64,000 bases of DNA from the human T2T-CHM13v2.0 reference genome, Homo sapiens, in the NCBI RefSeq assembly GCF_009914755.1, contig NC_060931.1. One strand, written 5' to 3'. The stretch's first letter is position 1. Each line of letters opens with the position of its first letter. The position numbers and the translations under genes were made by a program. The notes below the pieces were generated by a model. That model had not been told where the DNA came from, ran no database searches, and was given only the letters and a program-made list of their open reading frames with translations. Below are positions 47,021 through 63,508 of this stretch, piece by piece.

Positions 47021-48495
47021 TGGTTCTGATGTTTTTCTGTTCTCTGATTGTGTTATGTTAAAAGCTGTAAACTCAGAGAGAGAGAAACAACCCACAAGTA
47101 GGAAAACAAATAATCATTAGTCATTTGGACCAATGTAAAATATTTTCTCAGATTTTGACAAAATAGCCCAATAAGCAGCTGAATGTATCTTTTATTTTTT
47201 ATCATTGAATGGCAGTGCTCCACAATGGATTTTTAAATAAGCTGTCATCATTAAAGCAGATGGCATGAAATGGTGTAACACTAAATATCAACTCTCCTGC
47301 CAGCAGGGTGAGAAGTGAGCTGTTGTCAATCTCAAGTGAACCAGATGGATAAGAGAAATTTTCTGGTGATCTCCCACACCTCTGTCATGGGCTTGTGATC
47401 CTGGTGATCCTCATGCCAGGCTTGACCATGGAGATGCTGCCTCCTTGCCTTGCAAAGAAAGCCCTGCTACTCAGTCATATGATAGCCAGCGGAGCTCTCC
47501 TTTTCTCCCACTTTCCATGGAGGGAGAAAAATAGAATGTGGACAGCAGCTGTGAGGAGTATTTCACAGATGGTGCCAACCGACCCACAAAAGCCCTTTGT
47601 TCTCAGGTACTCTGCCGTCTGACAGGTGTTAAAGGTCTGGTAGACCCATTGAGCTGTGTGCTGGTTGTCATCCTCTGTGAGGTTACAAGGAGATTGGTCT
47701 GTCTCAAGGGAGAAGACTGCTCATCTGATGGGGGTGAGGCTCCAACCAGTGGGATGAACAACTCTTCAGGGTGACATCAACCGAAGGTGATCAGAGTGCA
47801 TAGTTTACCTTTGTTTCACATGTAAAAGTGATTCCTAAGTTCTATCTATTCAGATAGATCATACAAAAAAGTGTCAACATGCAGTAGGCTGACACATGAG
47901 CCTTGAGAATTTGCATTTCTCTCATTACATTTTCAGTCATCAATCCTTAAGCCTCCTTCTTCCTATACTGCTCTGTGCACCTACTGAGTTGAAAGAATGC
48001 CAGCATCCACCAAGCAAGAAACATACCAAATTCCCTGTCCAGACAGATTTCACAGAAATCAACCAAAATTAATAAAAATGAAAGCAATGATGCCTCTACC
48101 CCCATAGGAAGGAGAGAACAGTTGGAAAAGGGGTCAGGAGGCATTGCCTAAGATTTCAGCTGCACCTGCTTCTAAAACAAAGCTGTCTACAAAATATCTG
48201 CACTGAACTTTGGAGCCTGGTGTAGATCTTTCATCTGCAGCTAAGGAGTTGGTATTTTTAATTTGTTAATACTAGTCAATTATGCTTATTTGGAAATTCC
48301 AAAGAATATCAGGTTATTTCTTTCAACTTAACATCTGCACTTTGATACAGTCTTAATATCTAATATAACATCAAAACAACTTCTAACAAACAACTGCATA
48401 TTGGAAATAGTTGTGTTATGTTATAGTTTTCACAGTAAATTCACATTAGAGAATTTGCATGTATGATTAGGATTCAGGCTGAGATGATATGTTAG

Positions 48496-48834
<339 letters not shown>

Positions 48835-49391
48835 CAAAGTATCTTGGCCATTTAATAAGGCTTTTTGCATCTGGAATTCTTTCACTGAATTCTTGAAATG
48901 ATATTACATGCATTATGCCTCTTTTATAGCTTGGAAAGCATTATCCTATTTGTGTATACACACATATGTGGAGAGACTTAAAATAGTTCAACAACATGTT
49001 GAAAATGCTTATTTCTGATAGTGGGATTTGTGGTGATTTTAAACTTTTAAAATTTTTGTGTTGTTTGATATATATATAATGCATATGTATCTCTTTTACA
49101 AAATTAAAATGTTATTTAAAAATTACTTGAAAATGTCAACTAAGATTCAGTTTTCTTCACTTCTCAGTGGTGAAACTAAGCTGGTGAATATATTACAGGG
49201 ACATTTTTCAAGTGATCAAATTGAGGAAACAGGCATGGTTCATTCATTCATCCATCCTTCAGTTGTTTGGAAGTTTATTCATTCAGTCATCCATGTAGTA
49301 TGCCTACTAAATGTCGGAAAATGTGATTATGGTTCAGCCAATAATACAGACTCCCCAAATTAATGATTTTCTTTCAAAATATTAATCTTAA

Positions 49392-49688
<297 letters not shown>

Positions 49689-49912
49689 TAAAATAATTTT
49701 ATAATTGGGTGTAACTTCCAGGGTGAAGCTATTACTCAGAGAACTAGCCCCTTAGTGCAGGCCGGGGGTGTGTGCTAAAGGCCCCCATTGGAGCCGCAAT
49801 TCCCATCTATAAAATAGGAGAACAAAAATGTTGGCCTCATGGACCCATCCTAAGGATTGCATGAATTGTTCATATTGAAGGTTATGTTGGTATATGAAAT
49901 AATCAGCAATTA

Positions 49913-50234
<322 letters not shown>

Positions 50235-50428
50235 CTAAATATATCTGAGACAGATAGTTTGGCTTATTTCTTACAGCCTATGTTAAAGACTCTGAATGTC
50301 CAAGATAATTTGAAAATAAGATTATAATAAAAACTTGGTTATAATATTTGTTTTCTTTATACACCTTTAGATGAATTATCTTTCACGTGAATAAATATTC
50401 TCTGAGATATTAATAATTGAAAAATTAG

Positions 50429-50855
<427 letters not shown>

Positions 50856-52187
50856 CAGGGGAAGGTTTTATGATCTCAGACCTCGCTCATTCCCAGACCA
50901 ATCCTGGTTTGGACAACTATTGCCTGTTATGTAACAAGAAATTATATGCTAGGATTGTTACCAGTGGGGTACTTTCCCAATTCTTATCAAATGTAGAGAG
51001 TTAAGCAAATCTGGTATTCACATCACTGGTGGTCATATCACTATAAAAGATACTCCATTATGCATTTTCAAATTCCATTTTATTTTTCACTTGTATTTGT
51101 AAATGGGCACGTGTTATAAATTCTTTCTCTTTTCCTTTCGGTGGAAGAAAATTTGAGAAGATAACAGGGCATAGGATGTCTGACTTCTCTCATACAAGAT
51201 GTAGTAATTAAACTCCATTCCTCTTCCTCAGATGCAATTTAGGCACATTTCCAAAGAAAAGAGAAATAGATTTGATTGGATGGAGTAGTTATTAATGAAC
51301 CAATCAGTTTACATTCATGAAATGTGAAGAAGAGGAAATATTTCCTATTATGCTTCTTGATTCAGCTGTAACTGCTGGGCAACACTTCCTGCTTGGCTTT
51401 TCTTTGACCCTAAGTATGTGCATTGAAACACCCAGTGGTCTCCAAGTTGGAGATTCTTAAGTTTAGCCTTACAGCATAATGAGCACATAAGCACTCCCAG
51501 TGTCTCTGGATCTGATGTTCCCATGACACACAATACTGTTTGTCCAGTAGCAGGGCTGCTCATATTTCAAGTATGAGCTGTGATAGCACCTTCCAAATAA
51601 GGAAAAGGATAGGCAGGCTGTGCGTTGTGAAGGCAGGTGTTGAGTTTCAATCCATAAGGAAGAACTTTTGGGATCCCTGGTGTCAAGTATGCCTTGGCAT
51701 CCTTCCCTTCCGGAAACTCCAGATACACAGGGCCCATGCAGCCGTTGCATGTTCCATTAGCGAATGTTTTCCTAGCATGGAGAGCCCCGCTTCTGAGCGA
51801 CATGTGTGGAATGTATACTGAACTCTTGTTTACATTTTTTGTGTTTAAATCTTGCTTGCTGTACGTATGGACCATATTGAATTAAAAGAGTATTACATGA
51901 ACAAATTGAGCTGCAATGGCCTGTAAATTGTGAAAAGGCAAATAGAACTGAAGGGTGTGGACCTTGTTTACTGGCAGAAGCAATGGAGTTTGAGGTCAGA
52001 ATGGTTTGACACACAGCTTGTAATTTTCAGGAATGGAAACTAAGGCACTTGCTTAAAACTTCTGATGTGATTTTTCTTAACTATAAAGTAGGGATAAACA
52101 ATAATGAATACCTTATATAATTGTTATGAAGCAGCAAAGTTTTATAGACTATAAGTTGCCAAACTGATCTTAGAAACCATTGTGTGG

Positions 52188-52485
52188 GGCAAGGCACAGT
52201 GGCTCATGTCTGGAATCCCAGCACTTTGGGAGGCCGAGGCAGGCAGATCACAAGGTTAGGAGTTCGAGACCAGCCTGACCAACATGATGAAGCCCCATCT
52301 CTACTAAAAATACAAAAATTAGTCTGGCATGGTGGCGCATGCCTGTACTCTCAGCTACTCGGGAGGCTGAGGCAGGAGAATTTCTTGAACCCGCGAGGCG
52401 GAGGTTGCAGTGAGCCTAGATCGCACCAATGAACTTCAGCCTGGGTGACACAGCGAGACTCTGTCTCCAAAAAAAAAAAAACAAA
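52188..52485 (+). mobile_element. AluSg-like
   Basis: Full dimer; TSD agaa(a/t)ccattgt. Confidence 0.95.
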
Positions 52486-54448
52486 GAATCCATTGTATGA
52501 CAAGACGTGTATTTCCTCACATGTGACTTAACTGACTCCTAAGACAGTTTGAACAGAAAACGCATAAGTAATTGTTCCAAGAAGAGGAGTAGCCGCAACT
52601 CTAGTGGTCTCTGTGTAAATCCTAGCTGTACTCTGTGTGAATGCTCGAGTTCTAGGCCTTTTCTCCTTGAAATCATTGATCTCAGGTTGGGAGTAACCTC
52701 AAGAATCCATCTTGTCTATGTCCTGCCCTATATGCTGAAATGTTATGGGTTCCATAGCTTTGGTCCAAAAAGGTGAATTGACTTACTCAAAGTCACAAAG
52801 CTAATTAGTGTCAGATTAAACCAGAAATTGTGGGCAGTATAAGATGTTGCATTGTGAAGTGCTCCTAAGAACTTGCAAGTGATATCCTGATAGTGTGGCA
52901 AGTAAAATCAGCACATAATGTATGAACCTGTGTGTCTACAGAAATCGCCCTGATGGATGGACACGTCTGAATGTACAAAAATCTTGGGCCTATTAACTTC
53001 TGTGCAGAGAGGGTTAATAGAAGCAACTAGAGTGCTTTCATAGAGTCTACAAAGCGATGCCACGGGATCAGACTTGGTAAGATCTCTCCAGCTCTGTGCA
53101 GAGGAGACAGCATTCCAATCAGCAAGCTCAGCCTCCCCAGGGGAAATGGTGGTTTCAGGCCGCTTCAACTCCATGGGTTTTGCCTTCAGTCTGATCAGCT
53201 GCCTCTGATCCCATTTTCTTTTTCTGGTTATAATTTGTTTTCCATATAAATTTTCCAACAGAAGGAAAGACACATCTTCTTGGATATGATTTATATCTCT
53301 CTGAATATTGATATATCTCAACATAATTTAAGAAGTTGATATCTGGTTTTTACACTGGCCTCTTGTGAATTTGATTAATGGGAATTAGTTTCCTTAAACA
53401 AATAACTGTTGGGCTCACACACACACATGACAACTTCCACTTGAAGGCTGGTGAAAAGATCCTGAATTGAGAGGACTCTAAAATGATAAAGGGGCCACCC
53501 ACAACTAACCATCCACCTCCTCGCTGGCATCATTCTGTAACATCATCAGTGCTACGTCATCTGATTCCAGTGCAGTCCTCTTTGCACTACCAGGGAGTAC
53601 CAGCAGTGGTGCTCTTAGACCCACTCCTCTCTCCCATGTCTCTTGCAGGCAGCACTAACTCATCATGCAATGCTTCCTATGGAACTTGGATGTGGCCCGC
53701 TTCCAGAGCCACTACCAGTGGGATGCTCACGCTTCTCATTGTAAGGGTCCCATGAGATAAGACCTATTTGCCAACACTACGTCCCTGCTGCAGATGACAG
53801 TGTCCTTGATGTTCCTGAGCTGACGGCAGAGGTGTGGATGCTGGGTGTTTACAGTTTGAATGGTGGAGCCTGAGAAGATAGACAAGTAAAGATAACATGT
53901 AGAAGTGGCTTTTGCCTATGATGTGACAGTACGCTAGTACAGTTCACGAAGCAACATTTCACAGCCTATTGGATGGTGCTGTGTCATTGGATGAGATGTT
54001 TTTCCAAGCAGCAGCATGTGGGAAAACTTACTTTGGATTTTATTCCACCTATACTGTGTGTTCAATAAACATTTTCTGTAACAAACAGAAACTGGCAGCT
54101 TGCGAGGATTTGCTATCCAAGTTTCCACACTTTTTCTGCTAGGCAAGTTTCACTAAGTTGGAGAAGCGTGACAATGGCAGCCTTTATCCATTACTTAGAG
54201 TAGTTTCAATTTCCTGTTGTTCCTTTTGGCAAAAATCCAGGATTTCCTAATTGAATTAAAACTTAGTATATAAAGTTTTGTAAATGTATCAGATTTATAA
54301 AATTTGAAATAAGTTGTATTTGAGGCACACATATAAGCCTCAACTTTACCACAAAGGATATAGTCACTAAACAATAAATAAATATACAGAGAGAGAGCCA
54401 CAAAAGTACTGTTTTGCTGTTGTTTCTACTGTTGTTTAAATTCAAGTC

Positions 54449-54731
54449 TTTTTTTTTTTTTAGAGAGAGTCTCAATCTGTTGCCCAGGCTGGTACGATAT
54501 CAGCTCACTGCAACCTCTGCTTCCCGGGTTCAAGCGATTCTCCTGCCTCAGCCTCCCTAACAGCTGAGATTACAGGCACACACCACTATGCCCAGCTAAT
54601 TTTTGTATTTTTAGTAGAGATGGGGCTTCACCATGTTAGCCAGGCTGGTCTCAAACTCCTGACCTCAGGTAATCTGCCGCCTCGGCCTCCCAAAGTTCTG
54701 GGATTACAGGTGTGAGCCACCGCACCTGGCC
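54449..54731 (-). mobile_element. AluS
   Basis: Reverse dimer with a small deletion. Confidence 0.95.
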
Positions 54732-55044
54732 TAAACTTAAGTCTTAATATCAAAGTTTTGCTCCTCTGAGATATTTCTTTAGGACAGCTCTGGTGTATTA
54801 ATCCTGTTTATTGATTACCAACACATTTAATGAGTGCCTAGTATGTTCCAGGAGCTCTTCTAGGTACCAGGAACAGAACCTCATGGAGATAAATCATGGA
54901 ATTTTCCCACTACATCAGAAACCCTTGCTGGCAGAAGCTGTTTCTGATCTAGCACAGTTATAGAATAAAAAAAAGTAAAACCAACTTTTTTCATCTAATA
55001 AAATTTTTGTTTTACTCTACAACTTCCATTTACCATGTAGTTAA

Positions 55045-56010
<966 letters not shown>

Positions 56011-56288
56011 CATCACAACCAATATTTTGGTTTCTACATCTGGATTGTGTGAATTTAGTTAATGTGAATCATTGTCTGTCACAGAAAGAGCTGAATTTCT
56101 ACTTGAAAAGCTAAGACCCTGAGATGATATGATGGCAGAGTAAACTTGAGAAGCCACACACAAATGTCCATGCACCTCCACTCCAGGCATAATTCTTCAT
56201 TTTTACCAGAGCTGTGTTCAGTCAACTGGGTATCTGTCTTCTTAGTTCCTTCCTTTTGTTATTCAACTGTTTCAACTTGTGGTCTAGA

Positions 56289-57084
56289 TGAAACGGCAAA
56301 GTTTCCCTTATCCCCCTCGCAGAACTTGCATTGGGGGGTGTGGCTCGCTTCTTCTGCGCCCCATTGCTCAAACCTCTAGGGGGAGCATGCAGACAGGCAG
56401 GTAGTGGGGAGCATCAACCCCATGGCAGCTTGTAGGGTTGAAGGTTTACAGCTCCTGAGGCCCCAGTGGGTGTGTGTTACAGGGCGCTATTTCAGTTTAG
56501 CCATCCATAGGGGACTTGTGTTAATCAGCTCAATTAGAGCCTCTGCCTTATTGAAAGGACAGAGGGCTTTCTGTATCCCAGGTTCTTGCCTTAGTGTACT
56601 GGAAAAATCGGATCACATGTGGGCTTGGAGAATGAGTGCAAGATTTTTTATTGAGTGGTGGTAGCTCTCAGTGAGGTGGATGCAGAGGCCAGAAAGGGGA
56701 TGGAATGGGAAGGTGGTAGTTTTCCCCTAGAGTCAGGCTGCCCAGTGGCTGGGCTCTGCTCCGACCACGCCAGCCAAACTCCGTGTCATCCCGGCAGTCG
56801 ATAACCTGCCGGCATCTGCTGGTGCCTCTCGGTGTGCTGTTTCGCCAGTGTGTTCCTCTCGATGTCCAGCTGCTTGTGTCTCTTCCCACTAGGGTCTCAG
56901 GGTTTTTATAGGCATAGGATTGGGGGCGTGGTGAGCCAAGATGGTCTTGGAAAATGCAACATTTGGGCATGAAAACAGAAATACCTGTCCTCACCTATGT
57001 CCATGGGCACAGGCCCGGGGGTGGAGCCCTAGCCAGGGACCTGCCTTTCTCTACCCAGCACTTTCCTGCCCCACTCTCATATCA
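56289..57084 (-). mobile_element. MER50 solo LTR (ERV1)
   Basis: TG...CA termini, perfect TSD taga; TATAAAAA at 56910-56903 and AATAAA at 56652-56647 on the minus strand; MER50-like 5' end. Confidence 0.85.
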
Positions 57085-57179
57085 TAGATACTGATTTATT
57101 CTTCTGTGGATCTTTCCCTCCTCAGAGCCCTATCATGTAGGCCCCTATATTCTACCAAAACTTCATATGTGAAACAAAA

Positions 57180-57450
57180 ACTTGAATGAGATAAGGCCCA
57201 GTGGCCTTCTGTTTAAATTCTCAAGCTCCTTCATCTCTCTTTGGCATTGGCCATTGTCAATGGTCCACTCATTGAAACAGGCTCCTCCACCTCCTTCTAT
57301 GAAGCTAGGTTTTCCTGTTCTTCCCACTCTCTGACCACTCCTTTATTTTCTTTATTTAATTCACATAGTAGTTCTTTAGCATGAAGCTCCCAGATCTCAG
57401 TCCTTGGATCATGCCTGTTCCCACTAGTGGCTGGATTCTATTTAGCTGCT
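57180..57450 (+). mobile_element. L2 fragment
   Basis: Pyrimidine-rich L2-like sequence. Confidence 0.5.
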
Positions 57451-58902
57451 TTGTTTCTATTCTTAGGACCAGCCTGACCCCACACATTTAGAGGTGTAGC
57501 TCCAACCTAAACCTCTCCCCTCTGTGGGCTCCTCACCCCACCCTGATGTATCCACTTTGACTCTCTCAGCCTCTGCCTTGACCCCTTCTTCTGTTTCCCT
57601 CCCACCCCTTGGATGCGGCTCATTGTGTGCTCTTCCCATCAGTGACCTTAGCCCCCTAGAGAATGATTCAGAGATTTATGTCCCCTCCCCATCTCTAGAT
57701 GGCTGAGGCAACCCTTCTGGTCCAGCCCAGCTTTGCATCCCCTGCTCTGGCTTTGTCTCCATAGATGGCTGTCCATCAGTGCAGCAATGGCAAAGTAAAC
57801 AGGATGGGCACTTACAGGACTGTGGTGTGGGCTGGGCAATGCTCCATGAAACAAAAGTTCCTCTCACACCTTTTCTCATTACGTAAGCATAGGTGCTGCA
57901 TCCGGGCACATAGAGCCATGTGCTGGATGAAATGCATCATGCCTCGGTCCTCTTCCTTGTTCATGAAGGTAACTTTCCTCCGGGTTACTGAGAGAGGGCA
58001 TGAGAGAGGGCATGGGTGTCCTGTGAGGCTCAGAGACTGCATTTGCCCTTTCCCTCCATTTCAAAAGTGTCCAAAGGTATTGGCGGTTTTGTGACCCCTG
58101 TAAGGTATTGGTGGTTTTGTAACCCCCCATGGGACGTGTAGTTCTTAACAAAGACTGGTGAGCAGGGCTGAGCAGGCTGCTATTCGCAGCTGGAGGGCAG
58201 TGTCTCAGGGCTGAGTGGCCAGGCTGGACATTCTCTCTACTCAGGATGCTGCTCCCACCTGGGGCTTGCATAAATCAACCTCATCTCTTCCCGCCCCCAG
58301 GCATACTAAATCACACTGTGATGGCGAGTCTTCTCCCTTTTGCCGCCTGTGCTAACTCAGGTGGAACCTGCCCCTTAATGTGCCACACTGGGTTACTCAT
58401 TCCCTGGGCATGGTGACCTCTGGGTTGGAAACTTTCTTTGGAAATGTGCTGCCCTTCGTACGCTCTGCTTGTTTTCTTTAGCAAATTGTAACTAGGTGAA
58501 GAGAGCACCAAAGGGAGCCAGGGTCCCTTAGGAACGCCATGACCTTACCACGCCTTTTCCCAAGGACAAAAGAGCTACGCTTAGCCAAGTTCCCTTAGTG
58601 TTGACTGATATGCATGTTATGTCATGCGGAAGTGAGAGGGAACAGTTTGCCTGCCATTTGGGCAAATATAGTAAGTAAAGAGTGGGTCCAACTTGAGTAA
58701 AGAATGACCTGCTCACTCATTTTGAATGTGCCAGCTTTCGGCCTCCCTAATTGCAGTGGCCTGACATAAACCTTGCTGTTGTGGAGATGCCAACATCATC
58801 AAAGTCAGCCTCTAAACAGCTAATGCCATTCTGGGCTGGAACACTCGACTCTTTACCCTGGTTTTCTTCATCATTTTATCAGACTTGCTTTAATTCCCTC
58901 TT

Positions 58903-59222
58903 TTTAAATTAATTAATTAATTAATTATTTTTCTGAGACTGAGTCTTGCTCTGTTGCCCAGGCTGGAGTGCAGTGGCACAATCTTGACTCACTGCAACCT
59001 CCGCCCCCCCCGGGTTCAAATAATTCTCCTGCCTCAGCCTCCCAAGTAGCTGGGATTACAGGCTTGTGCCCCCATGCGTGGCTAATTTTTGTATTTTTTT
59101 TTTAATAGAGACGGTGTTTTACCATGTTGGCCAGGCTGGTCCCGAACTCCTGACCTCGTGATCCCTCCTTGCTTTGGCCCCCCAAAGTGCTGGGATGACA
59201 GTTGTGAGCCACTATTCCCAGC
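58903..59222 (-). mobile_element. AluS
   Basis: Full reverse dimer. Confidence 0.95.
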
Positions 59223-59267
59223 AATTCCCTCTTTTTGAGACTGTTAGATAGCAGAAAATTAATGTAT

Positions 59268-59284
59268 ATTGCCCTCTAGTGATT
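59268..59284 (-). promoter_or_regulatory. CTCF-like motif
   Basis: Minus strand TCACTAGAGGGCAA versus core CCASYAGRKGGCR; motif match only. Confidence 0.35.
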
Positions 59285-59399
59285 AATGATTACAAACACT
59301 TAACTACCAAAACATTTACTGATACTCAATTATGTTAAAAATCCCATTGTTTTATTCTGCATATAAAAGTAATGCACACTTGTGTTGGGAATGTAAAGC

Positions 59400-59797
59400 A
59401 TATCTGGACCTCTCTTCTGATATTCAGGTGCCTTTATCCAGACGACTACTCTGCAGGTCCACGTGGGTCCCTGTTAGGCACCTCCAGCTTTAGCTCGTCC
59501 TGAACCTACTCCGCCAGTACTGCCCTCATCTTCCCCTTTTACCAGGGCCTCAGACCCAAAGCCTTGAAGTCATCTTTGAGTCCTCCCTGCCTGTCACAGC
59601 CTCTGGTCCTTTCAAAACAAACATATGAGAATTTGGGCTTTTGTCAAGGCACTGATTCTATCCTGCCTATCCCAGACATGGTCATCTCTTGCCTAAATCC
59701 TGGCCACAGCCTCCTTACTGGCTTCCCTGATTCCAGCCTTATGAAACATAAGTCTATTCACATGGCTGCAGAATGATTCATTTAAAATGTAAGTCCA
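59400..59797 (+). mobile_element. L2 fragment
   Basis: ccttgaagtcatctttgagtcctcc...agcctccttactggcttccctgattccag. Confidence 0.65.
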
Positions 59798-59798
59798 A

Positions 59799-60310
<512 letters not shown>

Positions 60311-60479
60311 AGATAAAATATAAGACCAGTAGTGTCTCTTTTCTCCTCCAAGCCTTTCAAGGACTCTTCCTATTCAGAATAAAGCCAACATCTTTGAAAT
60401 GGATGTTGAGAGAGAGAGCAAGCCGAATTCTTGCTGAATGAATGTGTTTCTTCTCTGAACAAGTCTAGCTTTTGAACAG

Positions 60480-61092
60480 AACAGACATGAAGACAGTGAA
60501 GGAATGCTTATGAAACTGTAGGAAGGGCTGGAGGAGCAGGCTCCAGGCTCTGGGAGCACCCTCTGAGCACTCCTATAGAGCATGGGGCTGGCATTTGCCA
60601 CAGAACTACAGACTCCAGCCAGCCAGGAAGATTTTTAGTCCAAAGGCCACTGCTGACATTGTGGAGGTCAAAATCTCACCAATCTGTTTGACCTCCTCCA
60701 AAGGCAAAGGGCTTATCAATTTTCTGTTAATAAGCTACCCAGTAGATGTTTTTTTTTTGTTTGTTTTTGTTTTTTTTTGATGGAGTCTTGCTCTGTAGCC
60801 CAGGCTGGAGTGCAGTGGCGTGATCTCGGCTCACTGCAACCTCCACCTTCCGGGTTCAAGTGATTCTCCTGCCTCAGCCTCCTGAGCAGCTGGGATTACA
60901 GGTGCACACCACCACACCCGGCTAAATTTGTATTTTTAGTAGAGACAGAGTTTCACCATGTTGGTCAGGTTGGTCTCGAACTCCTGACCTTGTGATCCAC
61001 CCACCTTGGCCTCCCAAAGTGCTGGGATTACAGGCGTGAGCCACTGCTCCCGGCCCAGTATTTTGTTATAGCTGCACAAAGAGACAAATACA
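60480..61092 (+). mobile_element. old MLT1 LTR with a nested minus-strand AluS (60748-61055)
   Basis: MLT1 3' end split by an Alu (TSD cccagta), ending ttttgttatagctgcacaaagagacaaataca. Confidence 0.65.
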
Positions 61093-61699
61093 GGCATACT
61101 GGGGGATGTTAGGGATGGACGCTGAGGATAAGTTCCTTATATCCACCATAGCCTCTGGGATAAGGTCAAGGTCTGAGGAAAAGGGTCCAACAAACTCTTA
61201 GCTAGATGTACTCTTCACCTAATGCAGAGATGTGCTTATGATTAAAGTCTAACTTTTTTTACAGGGATTATTACAACCTTAAGTTTGTGTTCATTGTCTG
61301 AGACTGGCCTGGTTCAGTTCCCTCATTCCTGCACCATCTCCTTAGTATGCACGCATTTATAAAATTTATCTTTCAAAGAGCCTCCAACCTCGCTTGTATC
61401 TGCAACAGTGATGAGCACAGGAGATCCTTCTGGACATGACTGTCTTAATATCAGTCTATCCTGGCACTGTGGCCATACTGTGCCAGGGCCATCTTCAGCA
61501 CTTGATTAACCAGCAACTGTACAGTCTCCTGAACCAAGGCCTCAGGGTCTGCTTGGATGTCATCCCAACCTGACATATCATGTGCCCTTTTCTGAGAAAA
61601 TTCCAGAAAATCTTAGACATTCTATGGCTTAGATTTAGTCTTCTCCTTTCTACAGTAACTGTCTCAAATATCAACCTCCTTAAAAAGGAGAGAATAATA

Positions 61700-63420
61700 T
61701 CTGGGTCCCAAGACAACCTGCAATGTTTCGGCAGCTGATTGATGACTATGCTGTCTGTGCTTTTGCAGTGAGGAATGACCCCTGCAGCTTATTGGTGGAT
61801 GCTGCTGTCTGAGTAGGGCCCCCCACATTTGTGCCTATTTCGTGGGGACTCCACCACAGTAGAAGTCAATTTTAAACTACCTCATTGAGAATGGGATTGC
61901 TCATCACCAGAGGCTGACATATGTTGACAGGCTGCTCTGACCCCAGCCCCGGGAAGCTACATTCAACCCTGAAACTCAGCTCACAACAGGACAGGTAGAA
62001 GCTCCTTTTGAAACATTCATTTGTGTCAGCAGCCTCATTATCAGGTTGAAGACTTTTGCTGGAAGTCTTCCTACCCAGTGCCCAGGGTTGGGGGAGCTCT
62101 AACACTTGGAAAATGCTGCAGTTGAGCACAGCGGTTGTTGTGGACACCAAACATACTCTGCTGTTGGGGCAAATTTGAGGGTGACCTTGGGATGAAGGAT
62201 CCCAGAGGGGACCTGCTGTGAGAGAGGGCACCTGTGAGCCTGCTCAGGGGCTCAAGGCAAGGAACTGGACCTGTCATCTCATCACAGCACGAAACTTTCC
62301 CTACAGGGGTTTCCACTGGCTCCATTTTGGGATAATGATCCTGAGTCATTCCTCCATTTCTGACATTTATATTCTGGATAAGGATGGGGTGAGATACCAT
62401 GAGATCGCTGTACCTGCTCCAGGGTTCTCTATGCTTCTAGGGTTCATCCCTACTCCACCTTTTTGTCATGGACCCTATATCAAGAGAATACCTTTCAACA
62501 ATTGTTTACCCTACTGTCTCCTCAACATGACCTGCGTCATTATTCTATCCTTGTACAACAATGTTGCCTCTCATGTGCAGGAACTACATAGCCCCTAGAA
62601 CACTGGCAGCCTCCCTGGGATATTGTAGCATTAGATGTGATTCAACACCAATTTTATGTCTTTTTAGGGGCTGGGCTGGGGTTGGCCAGGTGGGGTGATA
62701 GAATTTTTTCCAGGCTTATAGTCTGAGTTATGGATTCTCCACTTTGGACTCTGTGGGTTACTTTCATCTTGATGGATTTCTAAAAATACAAACAACCACC
62801 CCAGTGGTTGTTTTTCTGCTTTTCTAGAAGAAATGAGGCTTTATAGGTCAAATGAGAGGGTACAATATGAATATGATGTTGAGAGTGTCTGTGTTTTAGA
62901 CATGTCTTCATTCCCAACTGGGAACGTGGACTGCCTGGTGAGGCTGCCAGAGTGAATGTATCTACACTGGTGTGGGCGCTCACAGAAGCACAAACTTTCT
63001 TGAGAAAGTCATAGAGACTGTTGAACGATACAGTTTCCAGCAAAGCAAACTCTTCTTACCCCATCCATGTGGCCCTCAGTGAGTCTCCTGGTCTTCAGGA
63101 TTGGTGATCAAGGCTTTTTGAAATCCCATTTGCTTTTCCACTCCACACCAAGTGTGGGTAAAATATCAAATGGAGCATGTTGACCAGATGCCTGAAAAGC
63201 ATCTATGTCACTCTATTGCTCTTCATGGTAATATGATCAGAGCACCTCACCCAGCAGCTCAAGTTCTTAACTAGTTGTAAGACTAGTTGTAACACCTTAC
63301 TCCATAGCAATTATAGCCTCAACATCTTTGTCTCTTTTCCAAATCTCCTGATCCTGACTGGGATCCTGCCCTGGTTAATGGGTCCACAGGACCCCTGTAG
63401 GACACTCACTGGGGGATAGG
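61700..63420 (-). mobile_element. highly degenerate ERVL-class internal sequence
   Basis: Minus-strand relics ANG...WG...KVCASVSAH near 62970-63140 resemble ERVL RNase H; boundaries uncertain. Confidence 0.4.
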
Positions 63421-63508
63421 GACAAGTTCAATAATTAGTTATTATAAGGTTTAAGTGACAGACATGTATATCAACTGTTCCTGATATATGGTAACTGCTC
63501 AATCAATG

